From sequence record NC_070984.1: a DNA stretch of 64,000 nt; one strand, written 5' to 3'. Made by a program: the position numbers and the translations under genes. Positions 10,816-22,388 of this stretch are shown here, piece by piece. A model generated the notes under the pieces. That model was given only the letters and a program-made list of their open reading frames with translations, had not been told where the DNA came from and made no database searches. Positions within the stretch are counted from its first letter, which is position 1. Every line of letters starts with the position of its first letter. The stretch is from Escherichia phage ES17.

Positions 10816-11784
10816 ATGTCACTTTTTGGTGGAGGCGGAAGTAAAACTACTTCCCAAATGATTCGTCCTGAATACATTCAACAGTATATTGACCAGCTTA
10901 ATAAGCAGATTGGTAATACCAGTTCAGGGGATTATGTTTATCGAGATAATGTAGGGTTTAATAATAACCAGACAGAGGCACTTAACAACTTAGCACAATC
11001 TGGTGCTCTAGGAACTCTCTCACAGCAGTATATGGATGCAGCAGGTCAAGGGTTAGGGTATCTAGATAATGCCTATAAAGGCTATCAGAGCCTCTCTGGA
11101 CAAGGTGGGATTACTGGAGAACAGATTGGTGCTCTCGCTGGTCAATTATATGATGATGACGCTGTGCAAGCAGCCATTACAGCTAATAATGAACAAGTTC
11201 AACAGAATCTAGCACGTAATGCTCTTCCTCAGTTAGCTCAGCAGTATGCTGGTCAGCAAGGTTCAGGTGCTCGTATGGCTAAATCTTTTGCCCAAGGTGA
11301 TGCTCTGAATCAGATGCAAGGGCAAGCAACAGATATTACCAACAGTGCCTATAACTCGGCTATTAGTCAAGCTGAAAGCATTCTCTCTGGTAATAGACAG
11401 AATCAGGCAGCTGCTCTCTCTGGTCTTTCTACTATTGGTTCTAACCTTTCTAACCTAGGTCAGCAGGGTGCTAATTTGTCTCAACAGCAAATGATGAATC
11501 AATGGAATGCAGGATTGCAGCAACAACAGCAACAACAGAATGAATATGATAATGCCTACCAGAATGCTCAGAACGCAGCTAATTGGGGATGGCAAGATAT
11601 CAACAACCAACTCGGTGCAGCAGGTGTACTTAACGGTGCTCTCGGACAAACTACAACCACTAAAACCTCTGGTGGCAAAGGTGGTTTCCTTGGTGGAGCT
11701 ATGAGTGGTTCAGCAGCAGGCTCTTCCTTTGGGCCTTGGGGTGCATTAGCTGGGGGTCTAATCGGTGGGTTGGCTAGTACTTAA
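10816..11784 (+). CDS. Gln/Asn/Gly-rich internal virion protein (paralog of 9751-10803)
   Basis: 322 aa; MSLFGGGGSKTT...FNNNQTEALNNLAQS mirrors the upstream gene. Confidence 0.4.
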   Translation: MSLFGGGGSKTTSQMIRPEYIQQYIDQLNKQIGNTSSGDYVYRDNVGFNNNQTEALNNLAQSGALGTLSQQYMDAAGQGLGYLDNAYKGYQSLSGQGGITGEQIGALAGQLYDDDAVQAAITANNEQVQQNLARNALPQLAQQYAGQQGSGARMAKSFAQGDALNQMQGQATDITNSAYNSAISQAESILSGNRQNQAAALSGLSTIGSNLSNLGQQGANLSQQQMMNQWNAGLQQQQQQQNEYDNAYQNAQNAANWGWQDINNQLGAAGVLNGALGQTTTTKTSGGKGGFLGGAMSGSAAGSSFGPWGALAGGLIGGLAST

Positions 11785-11797
11785 TTAGGAGATAAAT

Positions 11798-13447
11798 ATG
11801 CAACAGACAACTTACGCTCAGGTCAGAAGTCGTGACCCGAGAAATACTTTCTATGGTGTTAATCCGGGAGCGGCTTCGGCCTCTCCTTATATGGCTAGAC
11901 CCGTTCAGACAGCAGATATTTCTATGTATCAACGACCTGCTGTACCTGCTGGGTTATCTGCTCTTGTAGGTCAAACTTCAGTTGATTATCAGAATATGTT
12001 GAATCCTGTTCAGAGTAATGGTCTTCCTTCTGACATTCCGAATGATGTACAACCTCAATCACAACAGGCTGTAACTCTTCCTGAGTTTGAGAACCAAGAA
12101 ACCATGCAAGCTGCTGGACTTTCTCCTTCTGCTATTCCTCAAGAATCAGAACCTCTTCCGGTAACACCTCCTACTAAACCGCTAGAAGCTGGTCCTATGG
12201 AGTTTACTCCTTCTCAGGTAGAACAGGCACAAGGTGTGATTAACACTCTTGCTCAAGGACAAGACACTGGTGATGGAATGGCTGCTGCTACTCGTGCTAA
12301 AGATCAAGAGCGTGTTAACAACGATATCTTGCAAGTTGCGAAAGCTAAAGACCCTTCAGAAGCTTGGAACAAACTACAGAAAGAACCATTCTATCAGAAC
12401 TCTAGTTTCTATACAGGTTTGATGGGTGTAGGTCTTTCCATTATGTCAGGTAAGTCTCCTATTGAAGCTTTCCAGATTGGTCAGGGAATGGCTAATCAGG
12501 ATGAGACTAAGAAGCAACTGGAAGCTAACCGTGATGCCTTGATTGAACAAGGCTTCTCTCAAGACTCGATCGCAGCTGCTATTGCTAACGGAGACCCGTC
12601 TCTACTGAAGATGAGAGCTGTAGACCCTGCTCAGAAAGAAGCGCTGTATGCTGCTCGTGAAGAACGACAAAATGCTGAATGGGATAGACGTCAACAGATT
12701 CAAGAGCAAACTATGCGTGAGCGTGCTGATGAAACTCGTCGTGCCGCTGAAGAAAGAGCTAACATGAACTTTGAACGTCAGAAAGAGTTGATTGGTTATC
12801 GTGATAAGGTTAAGGCTGAACGTGCTGAACAAGCTGCTCAGAGTTTTAACTTTAACCCGAAAGAAGTTCGTCTTGCTCAGAATACAGCTGAAGGTACGGT
12901 TGCTAAGCAGTGGGCAGAGAAAGGTGGCCTGTTTAACCAGTCTAACAAAGACTTGGATTTGGCTGATAAAGCTGTTAAGGATAAAGACTATCAGACAGCT
13001 CGTTCTGCTTACATGCAGGCTATCATGAACTCTGCAAGAGCTGAAATCGGTGCTACTCGTTCTCTTACCGAAGAAGACTTAGGGCACTTTGCAGAAGACC
13101 CATCAATCTTCGTTCGTGTTGGCAACAAGTTTGCACTGAAATCTGGATGGCGTCCTACTGATTCTGCTCTTGCTTATGCTCGTAAGCAAGCTAACGTTGG
13201 TCACACCTCTGCAATGAAAGGTGTTGCTGATGCTAAGAGAGCTACGATTGAAGCTTACATCGGTTCTGGTATGGATAAGAAGAGAGCTACTGCATTGGTT
13301 AACCGTGCAATCCCTTCTGGTGGTTTCTATGACCCTCTAGGTGTTTTCTCTGAACAAGCAGAAGAAGCAGTTGGTGGTGCAGTAACCAATCCTAAGCTTA
13401 ATGGTGCTTTATCAGCTGTCGAAGACACTAGCTGGTTCACTCAATAA
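11798..13447 (+). CDS. Internal virion / ejection protein
   Basis: 549 aa, charged coiled-coil-like centre (EERQNAEWDRRQQIQEQTMRERADETRRAAEERANM). Confidence 0.4.
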   Translation: MQQTTYAQVRSRDPRNTFYGVNPGAASASPYMARPVQTADISMYQRPAVPAGLSALVGQTSVDYQNMLNPVQSNGLPSDIPNDVQPQSQQAVTLPEFENQETMQAAGLSPSAIPQESEPLPVTPPTKPLEAGPMEFTPSQVEQAQGVINTLAQGQDTGDGMAAATRAKDQERVNNDILQVAKAKDPSEAWNKLQKEPFYQNSSFYTGLMGVGLSIMSGKSPIEAFQIGQGMANQDETKKQLEANRDALIEQGFSQDSIAAAIANGDPSLLKMRAVDPAQKEALYAAREERQNAEWDRRQQIQEQTMRERADETRRAAEERANMNFERQKELIGYRDKVKAERAEQAAQSFNFNPKEVRLAQNTAEGTVAKQWAEKGGLFNQSNKDLDLADKAVKDKDYQTARSAYMQAIMNSARAEIGATRSLTEEDLGHFAEDPSIFVRVGNKFALKSGWRPTDSALAYARKQANVGHTSAMKGVADAKRATIEAYIGSGMDKKRATALVNRAIPSGGFYDPLGVFSEQAEEAVGGAVTNPKLNGALSAVEDTSWFTQ

Positions 13448-13463
13448 GACCTAAGTCCTGCCT

Positions 13464-13478
13464 TCTATAATGTATATA
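13464..13478 (+). promoter_or_regulatory. Candidate phage-sigma promoter motif TAATGTATA
   Basis: CTATAATGTATATAGG 40 nt upstream of ATG 13515; same 9-mer recurs at 23195-23203 (minus) and 23387-23395 (plus). Confidence 0.5.
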
Positions 13479-13514
13479 GGGGGTAGGACATTTTTATTTA
13501 TAAAAGGAGACGTT

Positions 13515-16500
13515 ATGGCTAACATTAAACCGTGGGAAGAAGCTTCCAAAGCTCCTGCGTATCTGAATGCCTCTCCGGAGCAACAAGCTCAAATGAGAGA
13601 ACAATATAAGGCAGCAGGTGGCTCTATTCCTGAGGAACAACCAGTAGCACAACCACAACAAGAAGAACGTGGTGCTATAGGTGAGTTTGCTCAAGGTGTG
13701 TCAAATGCTCTTCAATCTGGTGGTGCAAATATTGCAGCTAGTGCTGCTAAAGGTATTGGTGGTTTAGTTGAGATTGGTGAGAATCTAGCTGGAGCACAAA
13801 CTAGTTATGGTAAGCGTATCCAAGAGAACTCTCAGAATCTTCTGAAAGAACGTATGGATAAGATTGAGGATGGGATTGGTAAAACTGTCGGTCAGTATGC
13901 TGGCGTTGCTGGTGATATCGGTTTGACAGTTGCTAACCCATTGGCTGCTGCTGCTATCATCGCAGGTCGTGAGACAGGTCGTGCATATGCAGACCAAACC
14001 CCTGAAGAGGGAGAAGATAAGTCTATTCTAGATGCAGCCTTAGTTGGTGGTGCTAACTATGCGGCTCAGAGAATCCTTCCGGGTGCTGTCGGTACAGCTG
14101 AGTCCACACTTGGACGTATTGGTCAGAACGTTGCTAGTAACGCAGTGGCTGGTGCTAAAGGTGGCGCTCTTGTGGGTGCTGCTGAAGCTCAGAACAAGCA
14201 TGGAGATGATACAACCTTTGCTAATGTATTAGAGGGTGCTATCGAAGAAGGTGCTATGGGTGCTGCATTCGGTGGTGCAGTTGGTGGAGTTCATGGTTTG
14301 ATTAGCCGTCCAGATTCTGCTGTCTTCAAGAATACTCCAGAGTATGCGAAGACTGATATTGCTGCTGATGATGAACTAATTCGTAGTGCTAAGAATATTG
14401 ATGAACTGAAAGAAGCTTACTCTAAAGCTGAAACTGCTAACGCTGCTTCTGCTCTGAATCTTCTGGATGAGAATGGATTCCGTATTACAGATGCTGTTGC
14501 TGTGGATTCTCCTGCTGCTCAGCGTATTCTTAATACTGACCAAGCTCGTGCTGAGAAAGCTGCTTCTGTTCAGAAAGAACATTCCAACATTCCGGGCCTT
14601 AATCCTTTAGCTTCTCCTGCTAAGACTCGTGGTAAAGCATTTGCTGATAATGAGCACAACCAGAAGCAGGCTGTTGCTATGAAGGATGCAATGGCTGACT
14701 ACACCAAAGACAACACGAAAGCTCTTACAGATGTTCTAGATAACCTAGACCGTGAATTAACTTCTCTCCGAGCTTCTGGTGATTTTACTGGTAGTCCGAT
14801 TGATATTAAGAATCGTACACAAGCTGACCGTGATTTCATTGATGCTTACAAGACTTTCTACAATGAAGCAAATCGATTCAAAGCTCGTGAAGGTGAAGAT
14901 TTTAATAACTTTGTAGAGAAAGCTACTGAACTACAGAAGATGGCTGATAATGTTTCTCCAGAGATGAAGAAAGCTATCGGTGGGTTGAAGAAACTGAAAG
15001 GTATGCCTGAAGGTTTTAATCCTATTCAAGATGCTTATACTCTGAACAATACAGCTAAATTCATGAGCAACCAAGATCGTGGTTGGACTTCCTTGACTGA
15101 TGATGGATTCCGTGAAGCTTCTTCACCTAGTCTGGTAATGAACACTCTTGGTGCTGCTAAGTATGCTCTGAATCGCTTCTCTTCTCAGCGTGCTCGTTCT
15201 CAACGTGTTAAGCAACAAGAATCTAACAGTGAAGCTATCCGCTCTCTTGCTCGTGGTGATTTGGAAGTTGCTCGTGCTAAATCTACTGCTGATGAAGCTC
15301 GTGCTAAGATGGAAGAAGAACCAGTTGTTGATGACATTAAATTTAAGACGCAAAATGACGTAGAAACCGAACCGGTTCGGGAGCCTTCTTCTAGTACTGT
15401 GACGGAAGAAAATCTTCCTTCTTCTACTCCTCAAGAGACTCCTCTTACAGCTCGTGATTTAGTTGCGCAAAGACGCGCTATCCGTCAGGCTGAACAGCGT
15501 CGCGCTGAAGAAGAGGCATTGGCTGCTCAAGAAGCTCCGGTCGAACAGGCTCCACAGGCTGAACCTCTCCCTGCTCGTAACCCTCTAGAGGAGCGTCGTG
15601 CAATGGAACAGCAACGTGCTCAAGAAGAGGCCGCACAGGCTCCAGAACCTACCGTAGAGGAACCAACAGTCAAAGCTGAGCCATTACCTGCCCGTGCTCC
15701 TAAAGCTCCTAAGGAAGCTGTACAGGACGTTAAACCGGCAAGTGGTGTAGAACGTTTAGCTGCTATGTCTAGTGCTGCTCGTCAGGCTACTAAAGATCGT
15801 GCAGAACGCTTTGCTCGTTCTCTGTACTCTAAGGCTGCTAAAGCTAAAGCTACTGCTGAAAACTTCTTGGCTTATAAAGGTGATCCTAAGGAACTGATGC
15901 GTCGTATTCGTCAGGAAGATAATGCTATCAACACTGAACGTCATGAAGAAATGGCTCGTAACCAGTTGGCTTCTCAGCAAGGTATTGCTACTGCTAAGAA
16001 CAACACTGTACGAACTAATTTTGCTGAATGGGTTAAGGAACGTGGTCTGCCAGAAGACATTGCTACTAAGGCATTACGTGCTGAAGAGAAAGGTTTAGGT
16101 GGGAACGTAACTAACTTGGATAGTCTGAAACGTCGTGCTGAAAGGTTGTATCAGAAGCAGCGTGAAGATGAGTTTGATAGACTGTACCAACAAGCTCTAG
16201 AAGAGAATAAAGCTTTCGATAACAAGAATGCTCCTAAGCTGGTTGACCAGAAGAAAGAGCTTCAGTCTGAGATTGATACTTTGATTGATGCAGAACCTTT
16301 ACGTCCTGCTCAGAAAGACGCTATGCGTAAATTGATGAATGACTTTGTAGATGGAAAGTTTAAATCTTCAGAGAAGGCTGGTAGGGAAGAGGCTTTGGAA
16401 GTTGGTCAGATGAAGGATATTTGGGATGGGTTTATTAACACCTATAACAGAGAAGTGAATGCCTTCAACAAAGCTAACAAGAACTCTCAGTACGAAGCTG

Positions 16501-17936
16501 CTGCTAAGCATTTACAGGCTCGTGAAGAACGTCTTGCTACACTCAGGAAAAAGGCTCAGGCTCGTTCGGATGCTAAAGCTGCTGTTGAGAATGAACGTAA
16601 AACTCTAGAGGCTATTGCAGCTCAGAAGAGTGAGATTGAGAAGATGATGGAAGGTTTACCTAAACCTGTTCGTGAGGCTCAGGAATCTCGTACACTGAAA
16701 CAGTTGGCTGCTCACCACGATAAGAACTCTCCAGTTCCTCCAGAGAAGTTCCGTAGTTATATTGAACGTATTCACAACGCCGAGTCAGATTACCTTGATC
16801 GTCAGCGCCGTTTGACTGATGCAGAGGAAGATGCTCGTCAGGCTAAGTGGAACAAGATGTATGAACAAGCGGAAGAGATGAACCGTAAGTTTGATGTGGA
16901 CAAGAGAGTTAAGCGCAGTGAAGAGCTTAAAGCGGCCCAAGAGCGTGAGAATGACCTTATGGCAGTACAACGTCAACGTGATGACATTCATCGCCGCCTG
17001 ATGCGTACTATGGAAGATAAGGGCATATCTAGAGAGGATGCTGAAGCATTTGCTGGTTCCTATATGGATAACCGTTATGCACTTCTTGAGAAGCCTATGA
17101 CTCCTACTGAACATCAGAATGCTCGTTCTCGTATCGAAGCTGATGTTGAGAAGTTTGCTAAGAAGTACGAATCAATGACTCCTATCGAGAAAGAGATTGT
17201 TAAGGTTACTGGAGATACTGAAGGTAAGCTTGATAACTTGGATGCGGATACTAGGAAGGCTATTGAGGAGGCTCAGAAGGTTGACTCTGATATTAAGAAA
17301 CTGCAAGAGGAAGAGTTGGAGATGGAGAAGATTCGTTCTGCTCTGCCTGATGATGAAAGATCTCAAGCAAATTCTGATATCTTGGAAAGCATTAAACAAC
17401 AGGAAGAGGTCTTTGCTGATAAAGTAGAGAAAGCTTTCTTGAGTGGGAAGAGCTTGGATGAGTTGGCTAGTGTGGCTGAAGTTTTAGACAGGGTTCATGG
17501 TGCAGATAAGGCTGGTAACAACCGTCGCTTTGTACGTGCATTGCAGACTGCTGCTGAAAACAAGAAGAAGTATGGTGATAATCCAGTAGCTTGGTTTAGT
17601 GCTGATGATTACTCTGCCATTGCTAAACTTGGTGCTTCTTCCGCAGGTGGTAACAAATCCAGAGCACTGGAGAAGATCTTTGGTTCTACAGCTGAACAGG
17701 CTAAGAGTAAGTTGCTTGGTAGGGATGATGTAGCGAAGATGAGACGTGTGATTGAAGATAACCCTGATATTAAGATTCCTTCTTACAAGACAACGAATCG
17801 TACTGAGTACTTGCAGTTCTTGGAGAAGTTTAATGACGAAGGGAAGCCTAAGATTAAACGTGGCTCATTGTCAGAGAAGCTTGAACGCAGTAAGCGTCAA
17901 TCGAGACTCCGTGTAAGAGTTCGACCTAAGGAGTGA
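13515..17936 (+). CDS. Large (1473 aa) Ala/Glu/Lys-rich virion protein (internal core / ejection protein candidate)
   Basis: ATG 13515 with RBS AAAAGGAGACGTT; track ORF start 13470 overlaps the promoter motif and is rejected; long charged helical regions. Confidence 0.5.
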   Translation: MANIKPWEEASKAPAYLNASPEQQAQMREQYKAAGGSIPEEQPVAQPQQEERGAIGEFAQGVSNALQSGGANIAASAAKGIGGLVEIGENLAGAQTSYGKRIQENSQNLLKERMDKIEDGIGKTVGQYAGVAGDIGLTVANPLAAAAIIAGRETGRAYADQTPEEGEDKSILDAALVGGANYAAQRILPGAVGTAESTLGRIGQNVASNAVAGAKGGALVGAAEAQNKHGDDTTFANVLEGAIEEGAMGAAFGGAVGGVHGLISRPDSAVFKNTPEYAKTDIAADDELIRSAKNIDELKEAYSKAETANAASALNLLDENGFRITDAVAVDSPAAQRILNTDQARAEKAASVQKEHSNIPGLNPLASPAKTRGKAFADNEHNQKQAVAMKDAMADYTKDNTKALTDVLDNLDRELTSLRASGDFTGSPIDIKNRTQADRDFIDAYKTFYNEANRFKAREGEDFNNFVEKATELQKMADNVSPEMKKAIGGLKKLKGMPEGFNPIQDAYTLNNTAKFMSNQDRGWTSLTDDGFREASSPSLVMNTLGAAKYALNRFSSQRARSQRVKQQESNSEAIRSLARGDLEVARAKSTADEARAKMEEEPVVDDIKFKTQNDVETEPVREPSSSTVTEENLPSSTPQETPLTARDLVAQRRAIRQAEQRRAEEEALAAQEAPVEQAPQAEPLPARNPLEERRAMEQQRAQEEAAQAPEPTVEEPTVKAEPLPARAPKAPKEAVQDVKPASGVERLAAMSSAARQATKDRAERFARSLYSKAAKAKATAENFLAYKGDPKELMRRIRQEDNAINTERHEEMARNQLASQQGIATAKNNTVRTNFAEWVKERGLPEDIATKALRAEEKGLGGNVTNLDSLKRRAERLYQKQREDEFDRLYQQALEENKAFDNKNAPKLVDQKKELQSEIDTLIDAEPLRPAQKDAMRKLMNDFVDGKFKSSEKAGREEALEVGQMKDIWDGFINTYNREVNAFNKANKNSQYEAAAKHLQAREERLATLRKKAQARSDAKAAVENERKTLEAIAAQKSEIEKMMEGLPKPVREAQESRTLKQLAAHHDKNSPVPPEKFRSYIERIHNAESDYLDRQRRLTDAEEDARQAKWNKMYEQAEEMNRKFDVDKRVKRSEELKAAQERENDLMAVQRQRDDIHRRLMRTMEDKGISREDAEAFAGSYMDNRYALLEKPMTPTEHQNARSRIEADVEKFAKKYESMTPIEKEIVKVTGDTEGKLDNLDADTRKAIEEAQKVDSDIKKLQEEELEMEKIRSALPDDERSQANSDILESIKQQEEVFADKVEKAFLSGKSLDELASVAEVLDRVHGADKAGNNRRFVRALQTAAENKKKYGDNPVAWFSADDYSAIAKLGASSAGGNKSRALEKIFGSTAEQAKSKLLGRDDVAKMRRVIEDNPDIKIPSYKTTNRTEYLQFLEKFNDEGKPKIKRGSLSEKLERSKRQSRLRVRVRPKE

Positions 17937-17943
17937 TAAAAGA

Positions 17944-17980
17944 AAAGCCCCAACCGAAAGGAAGGGGCTTTATTTGTTTC
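17944..17980. terminator. Bidirectional intrinsic terminator at convergence of plus and minus transcription
   Basis: GCCCC ... GGGGC stem flanked by A-run upstream and TTTATTTGTTT downstream. Confidence 0.7.
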
Positions 17981-18125
17981 TAAGTTTTAAAAACCATCAA
18001 ATTCGTCATACATCCCAATTCTCTTCAGAAGTCTGGATGTTCATCTTCAAAGCATCCTGAGATGCCTCCGTAGAACCAATCTGATTTATTGCCAAGAATG
18101 ACAACTTCTTCATTCATATACCCTC

Positions 18126-18287
18126 CTAGATTGTGTTTATAAAATTAGTAAGTTTCTCTTCACTTTCATCAAAAGCTTTTCCAGCTGCTTCCATCTCCCA
18201 AGTATCGGCATTGTCAATAAAGCTCTGAGCTTCTAATAGGTCGTGGATTAAGTCGAAGAGTTTATTTTTATCTGCTTGTGTGATCAT
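18126..18287 (-). CDS. Small acidic protein (53 aa), not in ORF track
   Basis: ATG 18287 preceded by AGGA RBS; MITQADKNKLFDLIHDLLEAQSF... Confidence 0.3.
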   Translation of the reverse strand: MITQADKNKLFDLIHDLLEAQSFIDNADTWEMEAAGKAFDESEEKLTNFINTI

Positions 18288-18295
18288 GTCAGTTC

Positions 18296-18523
18296 CTAGA
18301 TTAAATCGTAATACTGAATAATGTCAGAGAGTTTGAACTCTCGAATCTCATCTTTCTCTACATCTATCGCTGTCATAATCCAACAAGGTTTGCCACCGTT
18401 ATGAAAACGGGAGCTAGCAACGGAGGTTCGGAGTGGAATAACGGACCGGTCAGCAACCTCGCCTCTCCAATTGCGATAGCGAAAGCGAAGCACTTGTTGC
18501 GTAGATTTTTGACCATCACTCAT
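18296..18523 (-). CDS. Hypothetical protein
   Basis: ATG 18523 overlaps stop of HNH gene (ATGA); track ORF extended to 18664 is probably too long. Confidence 0.35.
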   Translation of the reverse strand: MSDGQKSTQQVLRFRYRNWRGEVADRSVIPLRTSVASSRFHNGGKPCWIMTAIDVEKDEIREFKLSDIIQYYDLI

Positions 18524-18917
18524 TTCCTTTTTTGAATTGTTTTCTTGCATCATTCTCTTCTTTTGTTTTAATCTTATGACAAGGGTCTTTACACAGAACC
18601 TGAAAACCTTCTTTCTCACACAGAGCACGAGAGATGATCTCATCCCAAGTGGCTTCATGGTCAAGAGGAACTATAGGCTCTATGTGGTCAATAGCCATAT
18701 CCTTTACAGGGTGGTCAGAACCACACATGGCACACTTAAAGTGCATTGCCAGTCTACCTGTCTTTGGATTAATCTTCTGCTCTGTCTTGGCGTCTGCTAG
18801 TGCATCGAACATGGGCTTCCACTTTCTAGTCAGAGAACGAATCCCTGACTTGATAAAAGAATTGTAACGAGCTTCAGTCCACATTCCAGAGCATCTAGTC
18901 TTCTCAGCCTTCGCCAT
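18516..18917 (-). CDS. HNH endonuclease
   Basis: CAMCGSDH ... DHIEPIVPLDH ... CKDPCHKIK zinc-liganded HNH motif. Confidence 0.75.
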   Translation of the reverse strand: MAKAEKTRCSGMWTEARYNSFIKSGIRSLTRKWKPMFDALADAKTEQKINPKTGRLAMHFKCAMCGSDHPVKDMAIDHIEPIVPLDHEATWDEIISRALCEKEGFQVLCKDPCHKIKTKEENDARKQFKKGNE

Positions 18918-19108
18918 AACCTACACTCATATCATCTTCTTCCCATACACGTTTATCTACTCGGTGTGATACTTTTTCACGTTTTTCTTTAATATAGCGG
19001 TTGCCTAATTCGTGGCTATATTTAATACGCTGCTCTTTACGAGATTCACGGTTGGAGGAGTTTTCATCATATGAACGATAATCAAATTTACCCATTATAA
19101 TATCCTTA

Positions 19109-19927
19109 TTACCAAGATTTATCTAACCATGTCCAGTCGAACAGGTCTTCCGGAGTCTGACCAACAAAGAGCAGCCGAGCATTCTCAAGCATCTTCTCTT
19201 CATCTTCAGTATCGAACTTCTTATAATATTCCATTCGTACTATATGATACATGGTCCATCTATCTGTAACACCAGCCAACAGACTAGCTGCTGCTTTCTT
19301 CCCTATTCCTTGACGTCGAAGCTGAAGCTTACCACCCCACATAACCTCTTTACGTTCCCCACATCCGGGGATGTTATCCGTACCATCTCCAATCAACATT
19401 TGATAGAAGAAGTTTTGCCATGAAACTAAATCAGATACGTAATGAGGAGGGACTTCTTTCTGTCTTTCTCCACAAGCCCAGCGATAATGCCATCCGGGAG
19501 TTATCAACAAATCCTTGTCTCTAGTACAGATGATAGTATTCTTATCCCTACGTTGCCTTTCAGCTAGTGCATCATCAGCCTCTCTCCCAAAGACCTCAAT
19601 GTATTCGTACTTGGCTTTAATGTAATCACCAACGTTTTGCCAGTGAAAAGGTCTTTCTCCGGGAGGTCTGTTTGCCTTGTAGTCTTGTTGCTTAGCAACA
19701 TCGAAACGGAAGTTACCGCCTTCGCTGAAGTAGAATACAACCTTACTACAACCCGAGCGAGCTATAATTGTATCAATCTTGTACTGAAGTCGTTCAATCA
19801 TGAAATTGTAATCAACTGGAACACGTCCTGTGTCAAGGAAGGGATGCTCCTGAGTAAGAGCACCCACTTCATACCGAAGAACGTCAGCGTCCACTATAGC
19901 AACTTCAGGGAGCTTAACTTCTTCCAT
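19109..19927 (-). CDS. 5'-3' exonuclease / flap endonuclease (T7 gp6 / PolI 5'-nuclease family)
   Basis: GREADDALAE and LIGDGTDNIPG motifs; start placed at ATG 19927 (AGGA RBS) rather than track start 19951. Confidence 0.8.
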   Translation of the reverse strand: MEEVKLPEVAIVDADVLRYEVGALTQEHPFLDTGRVPVDYNFMIERLQYKIDTIIARSGCSKVVFYFSEGGNFRFDVAKQQDYKANRPPGERPFHWQNVGDYIKAKYEYIEVFGREADDALAERQRRDKNTIICTRDKDLLITPGWHYRWACGERQKEVPPHYVSDLVSWQNFFYQMLIGDGTDNIPGCGERKEVMWGGKLQLRRQGIGKKAAASLLAGVTDRWTMYHIVRMEYYKKFDTEDEEKMLENARLLFVGQTPEDLFDWTWLDKSW

Positions 19928-20803
19928 AAATATCATCCTGAGCTTGAGCAATAATCCAATCTAGGTCTGATACTGCTGATTCAATAGTTGAGTCATTAAA
20001 CAGTAGATATGTTTTTCTCTGTTCGCCTTCAATATACGAGCGAGAATCTCTATCAAAAGAACAACCATCTCTAAGAACTTGGACAACTTGGACATTGAAA
20101 TTCTTTTCTAGTTCTCGTACCTCTGCATCAAAGCCTCCGTCAGTGAAAACAATAATGTCGTCCTGACCCAGCCCTTCTTGTTTGATGCTCTCTACAGCAA
20201 GATTCCCCATATGGTTGTTGCCAAACATAGGTTTTAAGAAGTCTTCACTTGTAGAAATCATCAAATCTCTTACAGACTTCCCTCCCCATTCTGGTCTAGG
20301 CTTTTCTTTCCATTCACGATCTTCATAGAGTGCTAGAAAGTTTTCTAGAGGCATACCCAATGCAGCAGCAGCTACATTATACATCGGCTCCTTGAAAGAC
20401 TTGGTTGAATATCCATGATGGTATGAGTGTGCATTTACCCAAGCACTAGCTATCGTATCTTTACCACAACCCGGAGGCCCATTAAGAATTACCACTAAAG
20501 GTTTATATTGGGAGCATTCCACCATATTAGTCAGTGCTGGATTGCCTTGAGATTCCATTTCTAATTGCTCCGTGTGGTCATGTGAGTAGTCTACTGGAGA
20601 AGTTTTGTTACCAGTAACTTTAGGTAAAATCGCTCTAGTTGTTTCTACGTATTTACCGCCATCAATATTGATTTGAAACTCTACAAGCTCATTCTGTAAC
20701 TCATATCCTGATAAGTTGGATAGCTCCTCCAACTCATCTCTGACGAAATTTAAATGTTTGATTTTAATTGCAAGAGCTTTCTTTAAAACTTTTACCTCTT
20801 CAT

Positions 20804-20813
<10 letters not shown>
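19914..20813 (-). CDS. P-loop kinase, dNMP-kinase-like, with N-terminal extension
   Basis: Walker A ILNGPPGCGKDT resembles T4 gene 1 dNMP kinase GxxxSGKDT. Confidence 0.5.
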
Positions 20814-22097
<1,284 letters not shown>

Positions 22098-22340
22098 AAT
22101 GCATCTCTTTATAAATAGTTTCCGTGTTCTTCTTCCAGTTAGATAAACCGGTAAGAACCCTCTGAGCAACTTCATCAGCTGCCCTACTTCTTTCAATCTC
22201 TAACTCTTGCTGGTGCTTCTCTTTGTCCAGATTACTGCTGTCTGTTTGGTACTCGTTAAACTTCATACCACCAAAGAATACAAGAGCTGAGAAAATGATA
22301 AACCCTATATTATCACTTAATGTACTTTGCATACTGTCTC

Positions 22341-22367
22341 CAACGAAAAAGCCACCCGAAGGTGGCT
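22341..22367 (-). terminator. Intrinsic terminator (UUCG-tetraloop hairpin)
   Basis: Minus-sense AGCCACCUUCGGGUGGCU followed by UUUUUCG, 20 nt after stop of SSB gene. Confidence 0.75.
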
Positions 22368-22388
22368 AAGCTATAACAAGGAGAGTTA

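Noticed and set aside
9751-11784. Q/N-rich proteins as prion-like or amyloid elements
   Set aside because: Low-complexity Q/N/G sequence is common in phage internal and tail proteins; position in the virion module favours a structural role.
13470-13514. Track start codon for the 1488-aa ORF
   Set aside because: It overlaps the TAATGTATA promoter motif and has no RBS; ATG 13515 with AAAAGGAGA is preferred.
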